Source: Desulfuromonadales bacterium (GTDB lineage: Bacteria; Desulfobacterota; Desulfuromonadia; Geobacterales; Pseudopelobacteraceae). From it: a stretch of 64,000 bases of DNA. Within the stretch, counting starts at the first letter, position 1. The number at the start of each line of letters is the position of its first letter. Shown piece by piece: positions 44,341 to 55,860 of the stretch. The DNA is taken from assembly GCA_013349325.1 (NCBI GenBank), contig DUZX01000002.1, positions 107,987-171,986 of the forward strand. The letters run 5' to 3'. A model generated the notes under the pieces. That model saw nothing but the letters and a program-made list of their open reading frames with translations. It was not told the DNA's origin and did no database searches. Made by a program: the position numbers and the translations under genes.

Positions 44341-46308
44341 CTATGCAGAAGGGGTGAACTTAACCCACACCTTGTCAGCTTCGCGGATCGTCTGGCCGGG
44401 CGGCGGACTCTGCTCATCTGCCCGACCACTACCGATCAGTCGGATGTTAATACTGCGCTTCTCCATTACCTGCAGGACCTGACGCATGCTCATACCGCGA
44501 AAGTTCGGCATGACGGTTCCTTCAGGCGGGTTCTCCAACTCTTCGCCATCGGCCGGCGATTCGGTTTCAGGTTGTATCGCTTCGGCCTTGACCGCAGGTA
44601 CGGCGGTTTTGGCTACAGGAACTGTGGGCTGAATTTTAAGGTACGCCAGCGTATTCTGCGCAATGCCTTTGAAGGCCGGCGCCGCAACGACACCGCCGTA
44701 CTTGATCCCTTGCGGTTCATCGATAATCACGGCGATGGTCAGTTTCGGGTTTTCGGCAGGCACGAAGCCGACAAACGAGCCGATCCGCTTGCTGGGAGAA
44801 TAGGCACGGGTGACCGAATCAACTTTCTGGGCAGTTCCGGTCTTTCCGGCCACACGGAAGCCATCAATCGCCGCTTTGGTGCCGGTACCACCCTCACCGG
44901 TGACCGTCTCCATCATTTTTGCAACTTTGCGGGCCGTTTCGGCAGAGATCACGCGGCGCACAAGCTGCGGCTCTCTATGCTGAACTTCATTGCCGTTGTC
45001 ATCAAGAATACGCTCCACCAGGTATGGCCGCATGAGATTGCCGCCGTTTGCTATTGCCGACATGGCGGTAACCAGCTGGATAGTCGAAAGCGACATGCCC
45101 TGCCCAAATGAAATAGTGGCCAGATCGATCCCGTACATGCGGCGTTTCAGGTTGCCGGCGGATTCGCCCGGCAGGTCGATACCGGTACGGCCACCAAAGC
45201 CGAAGTTGCGCAGATAGCTTCCCAGGCGGTTATCGCCCATTTTGAAGGCGATCTTGGCCGCACCGATATTGCTGGAGTATTTGATGACTTCAGAGACCGT
45301 CAGGCTGGAGTGTGGATGATCGTCATGGATAGTCCGGCCGGCGATTTTGTAGACGCCGTTTTCGCAGTTGTAGACGTCGGTCGGTTTGATGGTCCCGTTT
45401 TCGAGAGCGGCTGCAATCGTAAACACTTTGAACGTGGAGCCCGGTTCGAAGCTGTCAGCGACGACACGGTTGCGGAGCAGGGTCAGCGAATAGCGCGAAT
45501 AGGCGTTCGGGTTGAAGGTCGGATAGTTGGCCATCGCCAACACCTTGCCGGTAGCGGATTCCATCACAAGGGCCATGCCGGCTTTGGCGTTACTTTCCAC
45601 AACGGCTTTGGCCAACTCTTTTTCAGCAATAAACTGAATCGTCTTGTCCAGCGTCAGGATAATATTCTTGCCGGGGGACGAGTTCTTGATGACGGTGTTC
45701 TTGATAGCGATGTTTCTGCCAAGCGCATCCCGCTCTGTGACCATATAACCGGTATTGCCCAGGATAGTGCTGTCGTATTTGAGCTCGATACCTTCCAGGC
45801 CGTTGGGGTCGCGACCGGTGAAACCGACTACGTGAGCGGCAATTTCAACATTGGGGTAAAAACGTTTGGATTCCGGAGCGAAGCCGATGCCGGGCAGTTT
45901 CATGTTTTTGACACGCGTGACCGCTTCGGGTGGCACCCAGCGTTCAACCCAGATGAAGCTCTTATCCACAGATAATTTTGCAACCAATTCGTTCTTCGGA
46001 ACGCCCAGCATCGGTGCCAGTACAGCAGCTGTGCCGTCGACATCCTTGATGCGGCGCGGTTCGGCATAGCAGGAATCCATATGAATCGATTCCGCCAGCG
46101 GTGTGCCATTGCAATCGAGAATGCTGCCACGGGCCGGAGTCAGCTCGACCCGGTGCTGATGCTGGCGGTCAGCTTTTTTGACGAGCTCTTCATGCTGCAG
46201 GATTTGCAGGTAGAAGGCTCGCACCAGTACGGAGAGAAATACCAGGGCGAACAGTGATCCGATAAAGATAATCCGGACCCGCGCCCATTTTTCCCGTTCA
46301 TCTTTCAT
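44341..46308 (-). CDS. ftsI: Peptidoglycan D,D-transpeptidase FtsI (class B PBP) with a C-terminal PASTA domain
   Basis: 655 aa with an N-terminal TM segment, transpeptidase motifs STFK (GSTFKVFT), SSN (YSSNIG) and KTG (GKTGTAQ). The C-terminal sequence is VMPNFRGMSMRQVLQVMEKRSINIRLIGSGRADEQSPPPGQTI. Confidence 0.9.
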   Translation of the reverse strand: MKDEREKWARVRIIFIGSLFALVFLSVLVRAFYLQILQHEELVKKADRQHQHRVELTPARGSILDCNGTPLAESIHMDSCYAEPRRIKDVDGTAAVLAPMLGVPKNELVAKLSVDKSFIWVERWVPPEAVTRVKNMKLPGIGFAPESKRFYPNVEIAAHVVGFTGRDPNGLEGIELKYDSTILGNTGYMVTERDALGRNIAIKNTVIKNSSPGKNIILTLDKTIQFIAEKELAKAVVESNAKAGMALVMESATGKVLAMANYPTFNPNAYSRYSLTLLRNRVVADSFEPGSTFKVFTIAAALENGTIKPTDVYNCENGVYKIAGRTIHDDHPHSSLTVSEVIKYSSNIGAAKIAFKMGDNRLGSYLRNFGFGGRTGIDLPGESAGNLKRRMYGIDLATISFGQGMSLSTIQLVTAMSAIANGGNLMRPYLVERILDDNGNEVQHREPQLVRRVISAETARKVAKMMETVTGEGGTGTKAAIDGFRVAGKTGTAQKVDSVTRAYSPSKRIGSFVGFVPAENPKLTIAVIIDEPQGIKYGGVVAAPAFKGIAQNTLAYLKIQPTVPVAKTAVPAVKAEAIQPETESPADGEELENPPEGTVMPNFRGMSMRQVLQVMEKRSINIRLIGSGRADEQSPPPGQTIREADKVWVKFTPSA

Positions 46309-46646
46309 TTAACGAGAATAACCTGCTGTTCGGTAGGCAGCGCCAGACCCAGCTCGTTCTTGGCGATGGTTTCAATGCGGGAGGGTGTTTTCAGTGAGGC
46401 CGCTTCCAGTTTCAGGCGCTTCTGCTCCTGCTCGGATTCATTCAGCTGCTTGCTGGTTTCAGAAATCTGCAGATTGAGTTCGACCAGCTTGAAGCGCGAC
46501 CAGACGTGAAATGTGGAGACAATCGTAAACACGATCATGCAGATCATCAGGTACTTGAATATGTCGATGCGGTGAGAAGAGACCGAAAGTCCGCTCAGTG
46601 TTGGCGGTGCTGCCACCTTGGTAAAATCAGTTCGTGCCTGTGCCAT
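46305..46646 (-). CDS. ftsL: Cell division protein FtsL
   Basis: 113 aa, single TM plus coiled coil, between rsmH and ftsI with a 4-nt overlap with ftsI. Confidence 0.75.
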   Translation of the reverse strand: MAQARTDFTKVAAPPTLSGLSVSSHRIDIFKYLMICMIVFTIVSTFHVWSRFKLVELNLQISETSKQLNESEQEQKRLKLEAASLKTPSRIETIAKNELGLALPTEQQVILVK

Positions 46647-46710
46647 ATTAACCTCCTGAAAAAGCCTTCAGACGAGTCCGACTTGTCAGACTGTTCTGAA
46701 ACCATCCTCT

Positions 46711-47646
46711 TTACACTTTCTCAACAGCCCGCAGTTTAGCGCTGCGTGCGCGTGGATTTTGGTTGATTTCATCTGTAGTTGCAGTCACCGGACGGCCGGT
46801 CAGCAGTTTTACGCGTGGTAATGTGCCGCAGACACAGAGTGGAAGCTGTCGCGGGCAGGTGCACCCTTCAGCATATTCACGGAAGATATGCTTGACGATC
46901 CGGTCTTCCAGTGAATGAAACGAGATAATGACGCCGCGACCACCCGGTTTCAGGAGATCCAGAGCGGCTCGCATGCCGCGCTCAAGACTTTCCAGCTCAC
47001 TGTTGACTGCAATGCGGAGCGCCTGGAAGGTGCGCGTGGCCGGATGGATGCGCTCATCCCACGTGGCCTTGGGCACCGCCCCCTTGATGATATCAACCAG
47101 CCGGAAGGTGGTCGTGATCGGTTCAAGGTCACGTTCTTTGACGATAAAAGCTGCAATCCGTCTGGCCCAGCGCTCTTCGCCGTATTCGCTGATGATCTTT
47201 TCCAGTTCCTGTTCAGGCACCTCACTCAGCAGGTCAGCGGCTGTCTCGCCTCTGCTGATGTCCATACGCATATCCAGCGGCGCGTCCTGCTGGAAGCTGA
47301 AACCGCGCTCTTTTGTGTCCAGCTGGTGTGACGAAACGCCCAGGTCGAGAATGAAACCGTCCAGGCCGGTAATGCCGCGTTGTTCGAGCTCTGCGGCCAT
47401 TCCGGCAAAATCGCTATGAATCAGGCTGACCTGTTGACCGAAGCGGGACAGCCTTTTTCCGGCTGCTGCCAAGGCCTCCTGATCACGGTCCATACCGATC
47501 AGGAACGCTGCAGGTGCTTTTTCAAGGATCAGCGCGGAATGGCCACCGCCGCCCAGAGTGCCATCCAGATAGGTTTTACCGGACTCGGGCGCCAGCAGGC
47601 GGATAACCTCTTCCGGCAGAACCGACAGATGATGGAATGCTCCCAT
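46711..47646 (-). CDS. rsmH: 16S rRNA (cytosine1402-N4)-methyltransferase RsmH (MraW)
   Basis: 311 aa: HLSVLPEEV...[12 protein letters not shown]...[11 protein letters not shown]...SFHSLEDR. Confidence 0.95.
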   Translation of the reverse strand: MGAFHHLSVLPEEVIRLLAPESGKTYLDGTLGGGGHSALILEKAPAAFLIGMDRDQEALAAAGKRLSRFGQQVSLIHSDFAGMAAELEQRGITGLDGFILDLGVSSHQLDTKERGFSFQQDAPLDMRMDISRGETAADLLSEVPEQELEKIISEYGEERWARRIAAFIVKERDLEPITTTFRLVDIIKGAVPKATWDERIHPATRTFQALRIAVNSELESLERGMRAALDLLKPGGRGVIISFHSLEDRIVKHIFREYAEGCTCPRQLPLCVCGTLPRVKLLTGRPVTATTDEINQNPRARSAKLRAVEKV

Positions 47647-48122
47647 TACAGGCCCAACTCGGCAGCCGCTTCAGTCCCGCTCGGGAAGTTCTTCATATTC
47701 TGGGCGCGGACTTTGTCCCATTCGCTCATGCTCCAGATTTCAATCTTGTCCAGTGTGCCGACGAACTGAATTTCGCGATCCAGGGCTGCATCCCGGCGAA
47801 AGGTCGGCGGAATCAGAAAGCGTCCCAGCTTGTCGGCGCAGCATTCCTGAGCCGGGGCGATGATGGTGTGGATGATATTTTTACGCTGTTCAGCGGTAAA
47901 CCCTTTGAGCGTTTGAAATTTTTTTTCAAAAGCAAACCATTCCTTATAGGGGAATATCAGCAGACCGGAGCTGTGCTGACCATTATCCAGGCTGATCGGA
48001 GCAGAATTGGTCAGGAAAAAGCGCTCGTCACCATGAGTGCCGACGAGGACTTCCCGGAAGCGGGCCGGCAGGCTGGTGCGCCCTTTTGAATCTATAGTTG
48101 TCTCGAATATGCCCCTGAACAT
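47646..48122 (-). CDS. mraZ: Transcriptional regulator MraZ
   Basis: The start is taken at [24 protein letters not shown]. There are two SpoVT/AbrB-like halves (DSKGR... and DKLGRFLIP). The track start at 48158 lies in the operator region. Confidence 0.9.
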   Translation of the reverse strand: MFRGIFETTIDSKGRTSLPARFREVLVGTHGDERFFLTNSAPISLDNGQHSSGLLIFPYKEWFAFEKKFQTLKGFTAEQRKNIIHTIIAPAQECCADKLGRFLIPPTFRRDAALDREIQFVGTLDKIEIWSMSEWDKVRAQNMKNFPSGTEAAAELGL

Positions 48123-48133
48123 GATTGTTTGAT

Positions 48134-48170
48134 TGCACCTTTTCCCACAATGTTCCACTTTTTTCCACAG
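48134..48170 (-). promoter_or_regulatory. MraZ-type operator: four direct pentamer repeats at 10-bp phasing
   Basis: Minus strand GTGGAaaaaaGTGGAacattGTGGGaaaagGTGCA lies between the -10 box and the mraZ ATG. Confidence 0.6.
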
Positions 48171-48178
48171 TGTTGGAA

Positions 48179-48207
48179 CTTATACCGGCCGTCAAGGGTT
48201 GTGTCAA
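48179..48207 (-). promoter_or_regulatory. Sigma70-type promoter of the mraZ/dcw operon (Pmra)
   Basis: Minus strand TTGACA-N17-TATAAG. Confidence 0.65.
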
Positions 48208-48311
48208 TATAAAATATGAATATTGTAGGGGAAAATTGTGAATATGAAGGGGGGCTATTTCTGGTATACTTCCACGCCGCCTACGTCTCACGTCCTGAAC
48301 GGAGAACACTG

Positions 48312-49493
48312 ATGAGTCTGCTTGTGTCGCCACTGATTGCCGCTGTCCATTTCCCGCCTATTTCCGAGGTCAAATGCTGGCTGGCCGAACGCCCCGCTAA
48401 TGGCCGTGAGCTGATCGACCTCTGTCAGGCTGTGCCTGATTATGCGCCCGCTCGTGAGTTGACCGACCATCTGGCACTACAGCTTGGTGATCCGCTCATG
48501 TCCAAATACTCACCCGACGAGGGGCTGCCGGAGGTGCGCGCGGCGATCTGCGACTACTATGTCCGAAAATTCAGTGCACAGCTGTCGCCCGACAATCTTT
48601 GTCTGACGATCGGTGCCAGTCAGGCCTTCTGGCTGGCGATGGTCACGCTCTGCCGCGCCGGGGATGAAGTCATCGTACAGGCACCCTATTATTTCGATCA
48701 TCCCATGGCGCTTGATATCCTCGGAATTCGCGGCATCTACGCACCCTTTATCGAGGCTAACGCAGGGGTGCCCGATCCGGCGACGATTGAAGCTCTGATC
48801 ACGAAGAAGACCAGGGCGATTCTGATCGTTTCCCCCAGCAATCCGACCGGTGCCATCACACCGCCAGACACGATACGCGAGCTGTTCGAGTTGGCCCGGC
48901 GTCACAACATCGCCCTGATTTTGGATGAAACATACCTTGAATTTATTCCCGGCGGCGTGCGGCCTCATGATCTCTTCAGTGACCCGGCCTGGGGCGAGCA
49001 TTTTATTCAGATCGCCTCATTCGGCAAAACCTACGCCCTGACCGGCTATCGTGCCGGTATGCTGGTTGCCTCCGGGGACCTCATTCATCATGTCCTCAAG
49101 GCACAGGATACTATGGCGGTCTGTCAGCCGCGTATTACGCAGCAGGCGGTTAAATTCGGTGTTGAAAACCTTGACGTGTGGGTGGCTGCCAATCGGGATA
49201 TGATGACCCGGCGTCATGACCTGTTCCGTGCCGAGTTCATGCTGCCGGGCAACTGCTTTCAGTTATCCGCCAGCGGCGCCTTCTTTGCCTGGGTGCGTCA
49301 TCCCTTCAGCGGCTGTAGCGGTCGCCAGGTAGCCAGGCGACTGGTGGACGAAGCGGCACTGCTCTGTCTACCGGGAGAAGTTTTCGGCCCCGGTCTGGAA
49401 GGGTATCTGCGGCTGGCCTTCGGCAACATCCGCGAAGAGGCGATACCGGAGGCGGTGCAACGCTTTCGGGAGCTGGATCTGCACCCGTTGTAA
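48312..49493 (+). CDS. Pyridoxal-phosphate-dependent aminotransferase, class I/II
   Basis: The PLP-Lys context is SFGKTYALTGYRAG, with NPTGA upstream. The likely start is MSLLVSP (48312); the track start is 48216. Confidence 0.8.
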   Translation: MSLLVSPLIAAVHFPPISEVKCWLAERPANGRELIDLCQAVPDYAPARELTDHLALQLGDPLMSKYSPDEGLPEVRAAICDYYVRKFSAQLSPDNLCLTIGASQAFWLAMVTLCRAGDEVIVQAPYYFDHPMALDILGIRGIYAPFIEANAGVPDPATIEALITKKTRAILIVSPSNPTGAITPPDTIRELFELARRHNIALILDETYLEFIPGGVRPHDLFSDPAWGEHFIQIASFGKTYALTGYRAGMLVASGDLIHHVLKAQDTMAVCQPRITQQAVKFGVENLDVWVAANRDMMTRRHDLFRAEFMLPGNCFQLSASGAFFAWVRHPFSGCSGRQVARRLVDEAALLCLPGEVFGPGLEGYLRLAFGNIREEAIPEAVQRFRELDLHPL

Positions 49494-49595
49494 TTGCCTT
49501 TTTTCATAATTCAGTGTAGGGTTTTTCTCCCGTGCCACTCCATTCTATCCCCGCATTAGTCTCTGAACCGCCACTACGTAAAGGAAATACAGCTC

Positions 49596-52097
<2,502 letters not shown>

Positions 52098-52137
52098 TAG
52101 GTCTGCTCCCTTTGTTCTGTTCCGTAAGAGAGATTAT

Positions 52138-53076
52138 ATGAAGAAAGTCCGGAGTTTTTTTGCGCCTGAATCTTTCAATAATCCCGATGACCTGTTGCGC
52201 GCTATTATCTGGATTGCCGGTTTCTCTGTGGCCATTATCCTGGCGCTTTCGACTGCTGCCGTGTATCAGATTACCTCGCATGAAGTAATCCGGGACTCTC
52301 AGGATGCGGCTGTCAGAGTCAGTTGGGCGATGTTTGAGCAGCAGAGAAAGCTGCTCACATCTGTCAGTGCGGATGGCAGCTATCAGATCAAGATCGATCC
52401 GACGCGTGTTTCCGTCATTGACGGCTATTTCCGCACCTATCTGCGTAATTTTAATATTCTCAAAATAAAGATATATACCCCCGAGCAACAGATCATTTAC
52501 AGCACCGATACAAAGATTATCGGTGAGACAGACGGTGCCAATCCCGGTTTGAAGCGTGCCCTGGGCGGATCAGTCGATTCGCATATGGAGAAGAAAGACC
52601 GCATGCTCGACCTGTCTGACGAGACAAAATTCGGCGTTGCTGTCGTTGAGACGTACGTCCCTCTGATGGTAGGTGAGCGGGTCATCGGCGTCTTCGAGCT
52701 CTATTCGGATGTCACGACGTACCGTTATCAGACCATTCGTGTCGTCGCGTTGACACTCGGCAGTCTGGCAATTATCCTGTTTGTGGTTTTTGCATGTTCC
52801 TATCTGGTGATCAGGAAGACGGTCCAGCTGCTCAAGGAAACGCAACAGGATCTGGCAGATAAAGTGATTCAACGGGAAGAAGCTGTTGCCCACGTTAAAC
52901 AGCTGGAAGGCATTATTCCGATCTGCATGCACTGCAAAAAGATCCGCGATGACCAGAAGAGCTGGCAGCAGTTGGAACAGTACATTTCAAACCATTCCGA
53001 AGCACGTTTCAGCCACGGCATATGTCCGGAATGTTACGAAAAAGAGATCCGTAAACTTGAAGAACGTGAACCGTGA
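52138..53076 (+). CDS. Membrane sensor protein: TM, an about 170-aa extracytoplasmic domain, TM, a coiled coil, and a Cys/His-rich C-terminal module
   Basis: The start is ATG 52138 (MKKVRSFF). Two hydrophobic segments are AIIWIAGFSVAIILALSTAAVY and VVALTLGSLAIILFVVFACSYLV. The C-terminal sequence is GIIPICMHCKKIRDDQKSWQQLEQYISNHSEARFSHGICPECYEK. Confidence 0.7.
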   Translation: MKKVRSFFAPESFNNPDDLLRAIIWIAGFSVAIILALSTAAVYQITSHEVIRDSQDAAVRVSWAMFEQQRKLLTSVSADGSYQIKIDPTRVSVIDGYFRTYLRNFNILKIKIYTPEQQIIYSTDTKIIGETDGANPGLKRALGGSVDSHMEKKDRMLDLSDETKFGVAVVETYVPLMVGERVIGVFELYSDVTTYRYQTIRVVALTLGSLAIILFVVFACSYLVIRKTVQLLKETQQDLADKVIQREEAVAHVKQLEGIIPICMHCKKIRDDQKSWQQLEQYISNHSEARFSHGICPECYEKEIRKLEEREP

Positions 53077-53110
53077 AGCAGTGTGTCATACCTGAGAGGG
53101 CGAGGTGTCT

Positions 53111-53980
53111 ATGAAGATTGGATTTGTGGGACTCGGCATCATGGGCAGCGCCATGGCTGCCAATCTGGTAAAAGCAGGATTTCAGGTAACGGTCTGGAAT
53201 CGCTCTTCTGACGCCCGGAATCTTCTTGCGGGCATGGGCGCAGCGACCGTGCCTACGCCACGTGCCGTAGCCGAACGATGCGATATCGTGATTGCCATGA
53301 TGGCAAATCCTGTCGCTGTAATTGCAGTCCGTGACGGTTCCGATGGAATTCTGGCCGGCTTGTCAAGCGGCAAAGGTTATATCGATATGTCCACCGTGGA
53401 CGCCGATACTTCGCGGGAATCAGCCCGATTGACTCATGCCGCTGGTGCGCTGTTTCTGGAAGCTCCGGTAGCGGGAAGCCGCAAACCGGCTGAAGATGCC
53501 ACGCTGACCATCATGGCGGCCGGTGATCGTGAGCTGTACGATCGATCATTGTCTATTCTGGAAAAAATGGGCAAAAAACTACTCTTTCTGGGAGAAACCG
53601 GTTCCGCCGCCCGCATGAAGTTGGCCAACAATCTGGTAATGGCCGGTATGCTGACGGCGCTCTCGGAAGGCATCGCCCTGGCAGCCGGGAGTGGACTCGA
53701 TCTGGGTCAGTTTCTGGATGTGCTGGATTCGGGAGCGGTGGCAAATCCGATGTTCCGGTTGAAAGGTCCGCAGATGGCGGCTAACGGTGAGTTTCCGGCC
53801 GCTTTTCCGCTCAAGCATATGCAGAAAGACCTGCGCCTGGCGTTGCGGTTGGCAGAAGAGAACGGGCAGCCGCTCTTTACAACCGCAGTGGTTAACGAGC
53901 AGTATAAGGCAGCACTGGCTGAAGGTTTGGGTGACTGCGATTTTGCCGCCGTTAGTCGCGTCATCCGAAAACTGTCCTAA
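53111..53980 (+). CDS. NAD(P)-dependent oxidoreductase, 3-hydroxyisobutyrate/6-phosphogluconate dehydrogenase-like (beta-HAD family)
   Basis: It has the Rossmann N-terminus MKIGFVGLGIMGSAMAANL and the catalytic region ...FLEAPVAGS... Confidence 0.8.
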   Translation: MKIGFVGLGIMGSAMAANLVKAGFQVTVWNRSSDARNLLAGMGAATVPTPRAVAERCDIVIAMMANPVAVIAVRDGSDGILAGLSSGKGYIDMSTVDADTSRESARLTHAAGALFLEAPVAGSRKPAEDATLTIMAAGDRELYDRSLSILEKMGKKLLFLGETGSAARMKLANNLVMAGMLTALSEGIALAAGSGLDLGQFLDVLDSGAVANPMFRLKGPQMAANGEFPAAFPLKHMQKDLRLALRLAEENGQPLFTTAVVNEQYKAALAEGLGDCDFAAVSRVIRKLS

Positions 53981-53994
53981 AGGCAACGTGCAGC

Positions 53995-55842
53995 ATGCTC
54001 ATAATTGTTGAATCTCCTATCAAGGCGAAAAAAATCCAGTCGATCCTCAAGGTCAAGGCCATGTCGACGGTCGGGCATTTTAAAGACCTGCCCGCCGACC
54101 AGATCGGTGTTGACCTCACAACCTACGAACCCACCTTCATCTATCACGAAAAGAAAGCTCATCTTCCCAAAGAGCTGCGCAGTGCGGCTCGCGGGGAGAC
54201 CGTCATGCTGGCCGGTGACCCGGATCGGGAGGGGTATGCCATCAGCTGTCATATCTACGAAGAGGTGAAAGAGGTTGCCAAAGAGTGTCTGCGCATGGAG
54301 ATCTTCGAAGTTACCGAAAAGGGGCTCAGGGAGGCGCTGGCCAAGGCTGTGCCGTTTGAACGGACCAACAGCGGTCTCTACAACGCTTTTCTGGGGCGTA
54401 GAATCGGCGACCGGCTGGTAGGTTACATCTTGTCGCCGATCGCCAGCAAAACGCTCCGCAGCAGCTACAGCGTCGGACGTGTGCAATCCCCGGCCGTGCG
54501 GCTGGTGGTTGACCGTGAACGGGAGATTAGGGCCTTTGTTTCATCCCCCTACTGGATGCTGGACATCCAGCTGGATAAGGAGGGCACGCTCTTTCTGGCG
54601 CGCCACATTCAAGGCAAGTTTACATCCCGGGCTGATGCGCAGCTGATTGTCGATGCCGTCACGGCAGAAACGCACGCCCTGGCTGAAAAAGTTGATAAAA
54701 AAGAGGTCAAGCAGAATCCAAAACCGCCTTTTACAACGGTGGATCTGCAGGCTGCTGCCGCCGCTCGCCTGAAGTACACCCCCGAACAGACCATGAAGCT
54801 GGCCCAGGCGTTGTTTGATCATGGCCTGATCACCTACCATCGCACCGATTCGGTCCGCATGGATGAAGCTTTTATCGCCGAGATCCGGGAGTTTCTGACA
54901 CAATCGCTCGGCAGCAACTATTTTCCCCCCCAGCCGCACAAGCACATTTCAAAGAATTCCCAGGCCGAAGCTCACGAAGGTATCCGCCCGACCCATATGC
55001 ACTCGCTGGCTGATGTTTCCACCATCACCGCCAAAGAAGGTTTGACTCCTGCCCACGCCCGGCTCTACGAGATGATCTTCAAGCGGGCCATCGCCAGTCA
55101 GATGGCGGCGGCGCGTTACGACTCGACCGTAATGATCTTCAGCGTTGCAGGGCAACACTTCAAAGCAGCCGGACGGATTCTGACCTTTGACGGTTTTTTG
55201 AAAGTCTATGCCGAGCTGGATGAGGAGAAGGACAAGAAGGGTGAAGAAGAGCAGCTGCAGCTGCTGCCGCCGGTAGCAGTCGGTGAGCTGGTGCCGAAAG
55301 TTAAGGAGCTGCTCGATGAGAAAAAGACCAAGCCACCGGGGAGGTTTACGCTCGGTTCACTGGTCAAAGAGCTGGAACGGCTCGAAATCGGTCGTCCATC
55401 CACCTACGCTGCCATCACCAAGAACATCGTTGATCGCGGCTACATCAAGGAGGAGAAAAAACGGGTCGTGCCGTTGCTGTCCGGCGAAACGCTGATCGAT
55501 TTTCTGCGCGACAAACATGCCTGGGTGATCGATTACGAGTTGACCCGCAAGATGGAGAACTTTCTGGATCTGGTGGTTGAGAACAAGGAAACCTGGCAAC
55601 GTTTTTGTAGGGGTGTCCACAACAAAATGGGTTTCTCGGTTCCACCGGCCAGAACTGCCGGGGGCGGTCCCAGCGATGGGCAACTCAAGTATGCGGCAGA
55701 CCTGGCCAAAAGGGGAGGGGTAGTCATACCGGAAGAGACCTTGAAGAGCGGCAGAGAGCTGTCACAGTGGATTGAGCGGATTGTAAAAGGCACTGTAGAG
55801 GCGCGGAAAAAGATAAAGAAGAGTGATGTTAATCCACAATAG
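53995..55842 (+). CDS. Type IA DNA topoisomerase, short form without a zinc-ribbon C-terminal domain
   Basis: 615 aa with Toprim motifs MLIIVESPIKAKKI and LAGDPDREGY, and the catalytic Tyr in GLITYHRTDS. I saw no Cys4 zinc-ribbon motifs in the C-terminal region. Confidence 0.85.
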   Translation: MLIIVESPIKAKKIQSILKVKAMSTVGHFKDLPADQIGVDLTTYEPTFIYHEKKAHLPKELRSAARGETVMLAGDPDREGYAISCHIYEEVKEVAKECLRMEIFEVTEKGLREALAKAVPFERTNSGLYNAFLGRRIGDRLVGYILSPIASKTLRSSYSVGRVQSPAVRLVVDREREIRAFVSSPYWMLDIQLDKEGTLFLARHIQGKFTSRADAQLIVDAVTAETHALAEKVDKKEVKQNPKPPFTTVDLQAAAAARLKYTPEQTMKLAQALFDHGLITYHRTDSVRMDEAFIAEIREFLTQSLGSNYFPPQPHKHISKNSQAEAHEGIRPTHMHSLADVSTITAKEGLTPAHARLYEMIFKRAIASQMAAARYDSTVMIFSVAGQHFKAAGRILTFDGFLKVYAELDEEKDKKGEEEQLQLLPPVAVGELVPKVKELLDEKKTKPPGRFTLGSLVKELERLEIGRPSTYAAITKNIVDRGYIKEEKKRVVPLLSGETLIDFLRDKHAWVIDYELTRKMENFLDLVVENKETWQRFCRGVHNKMGFSVPPARTAGGGPSDGQLKYAADLAKRGGVVIPEETLKSGRELSQWIERIVKGTVEARKKIKKSDVNPQ

Positions 55843-55860
55843 CTTCAGGACTTCTCGGCA

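Noticed and set aside
48221-48232. Isolated GTAGGGG strings at 48224-48230 and at about 55607-55613 that resemble REP heads.
   Set aside because: No adjacent palindrome or partner CTAC arm is present. One lies inside the conserved topoisomerase coding sequence. These look like chance occurrences of a 7-mer.
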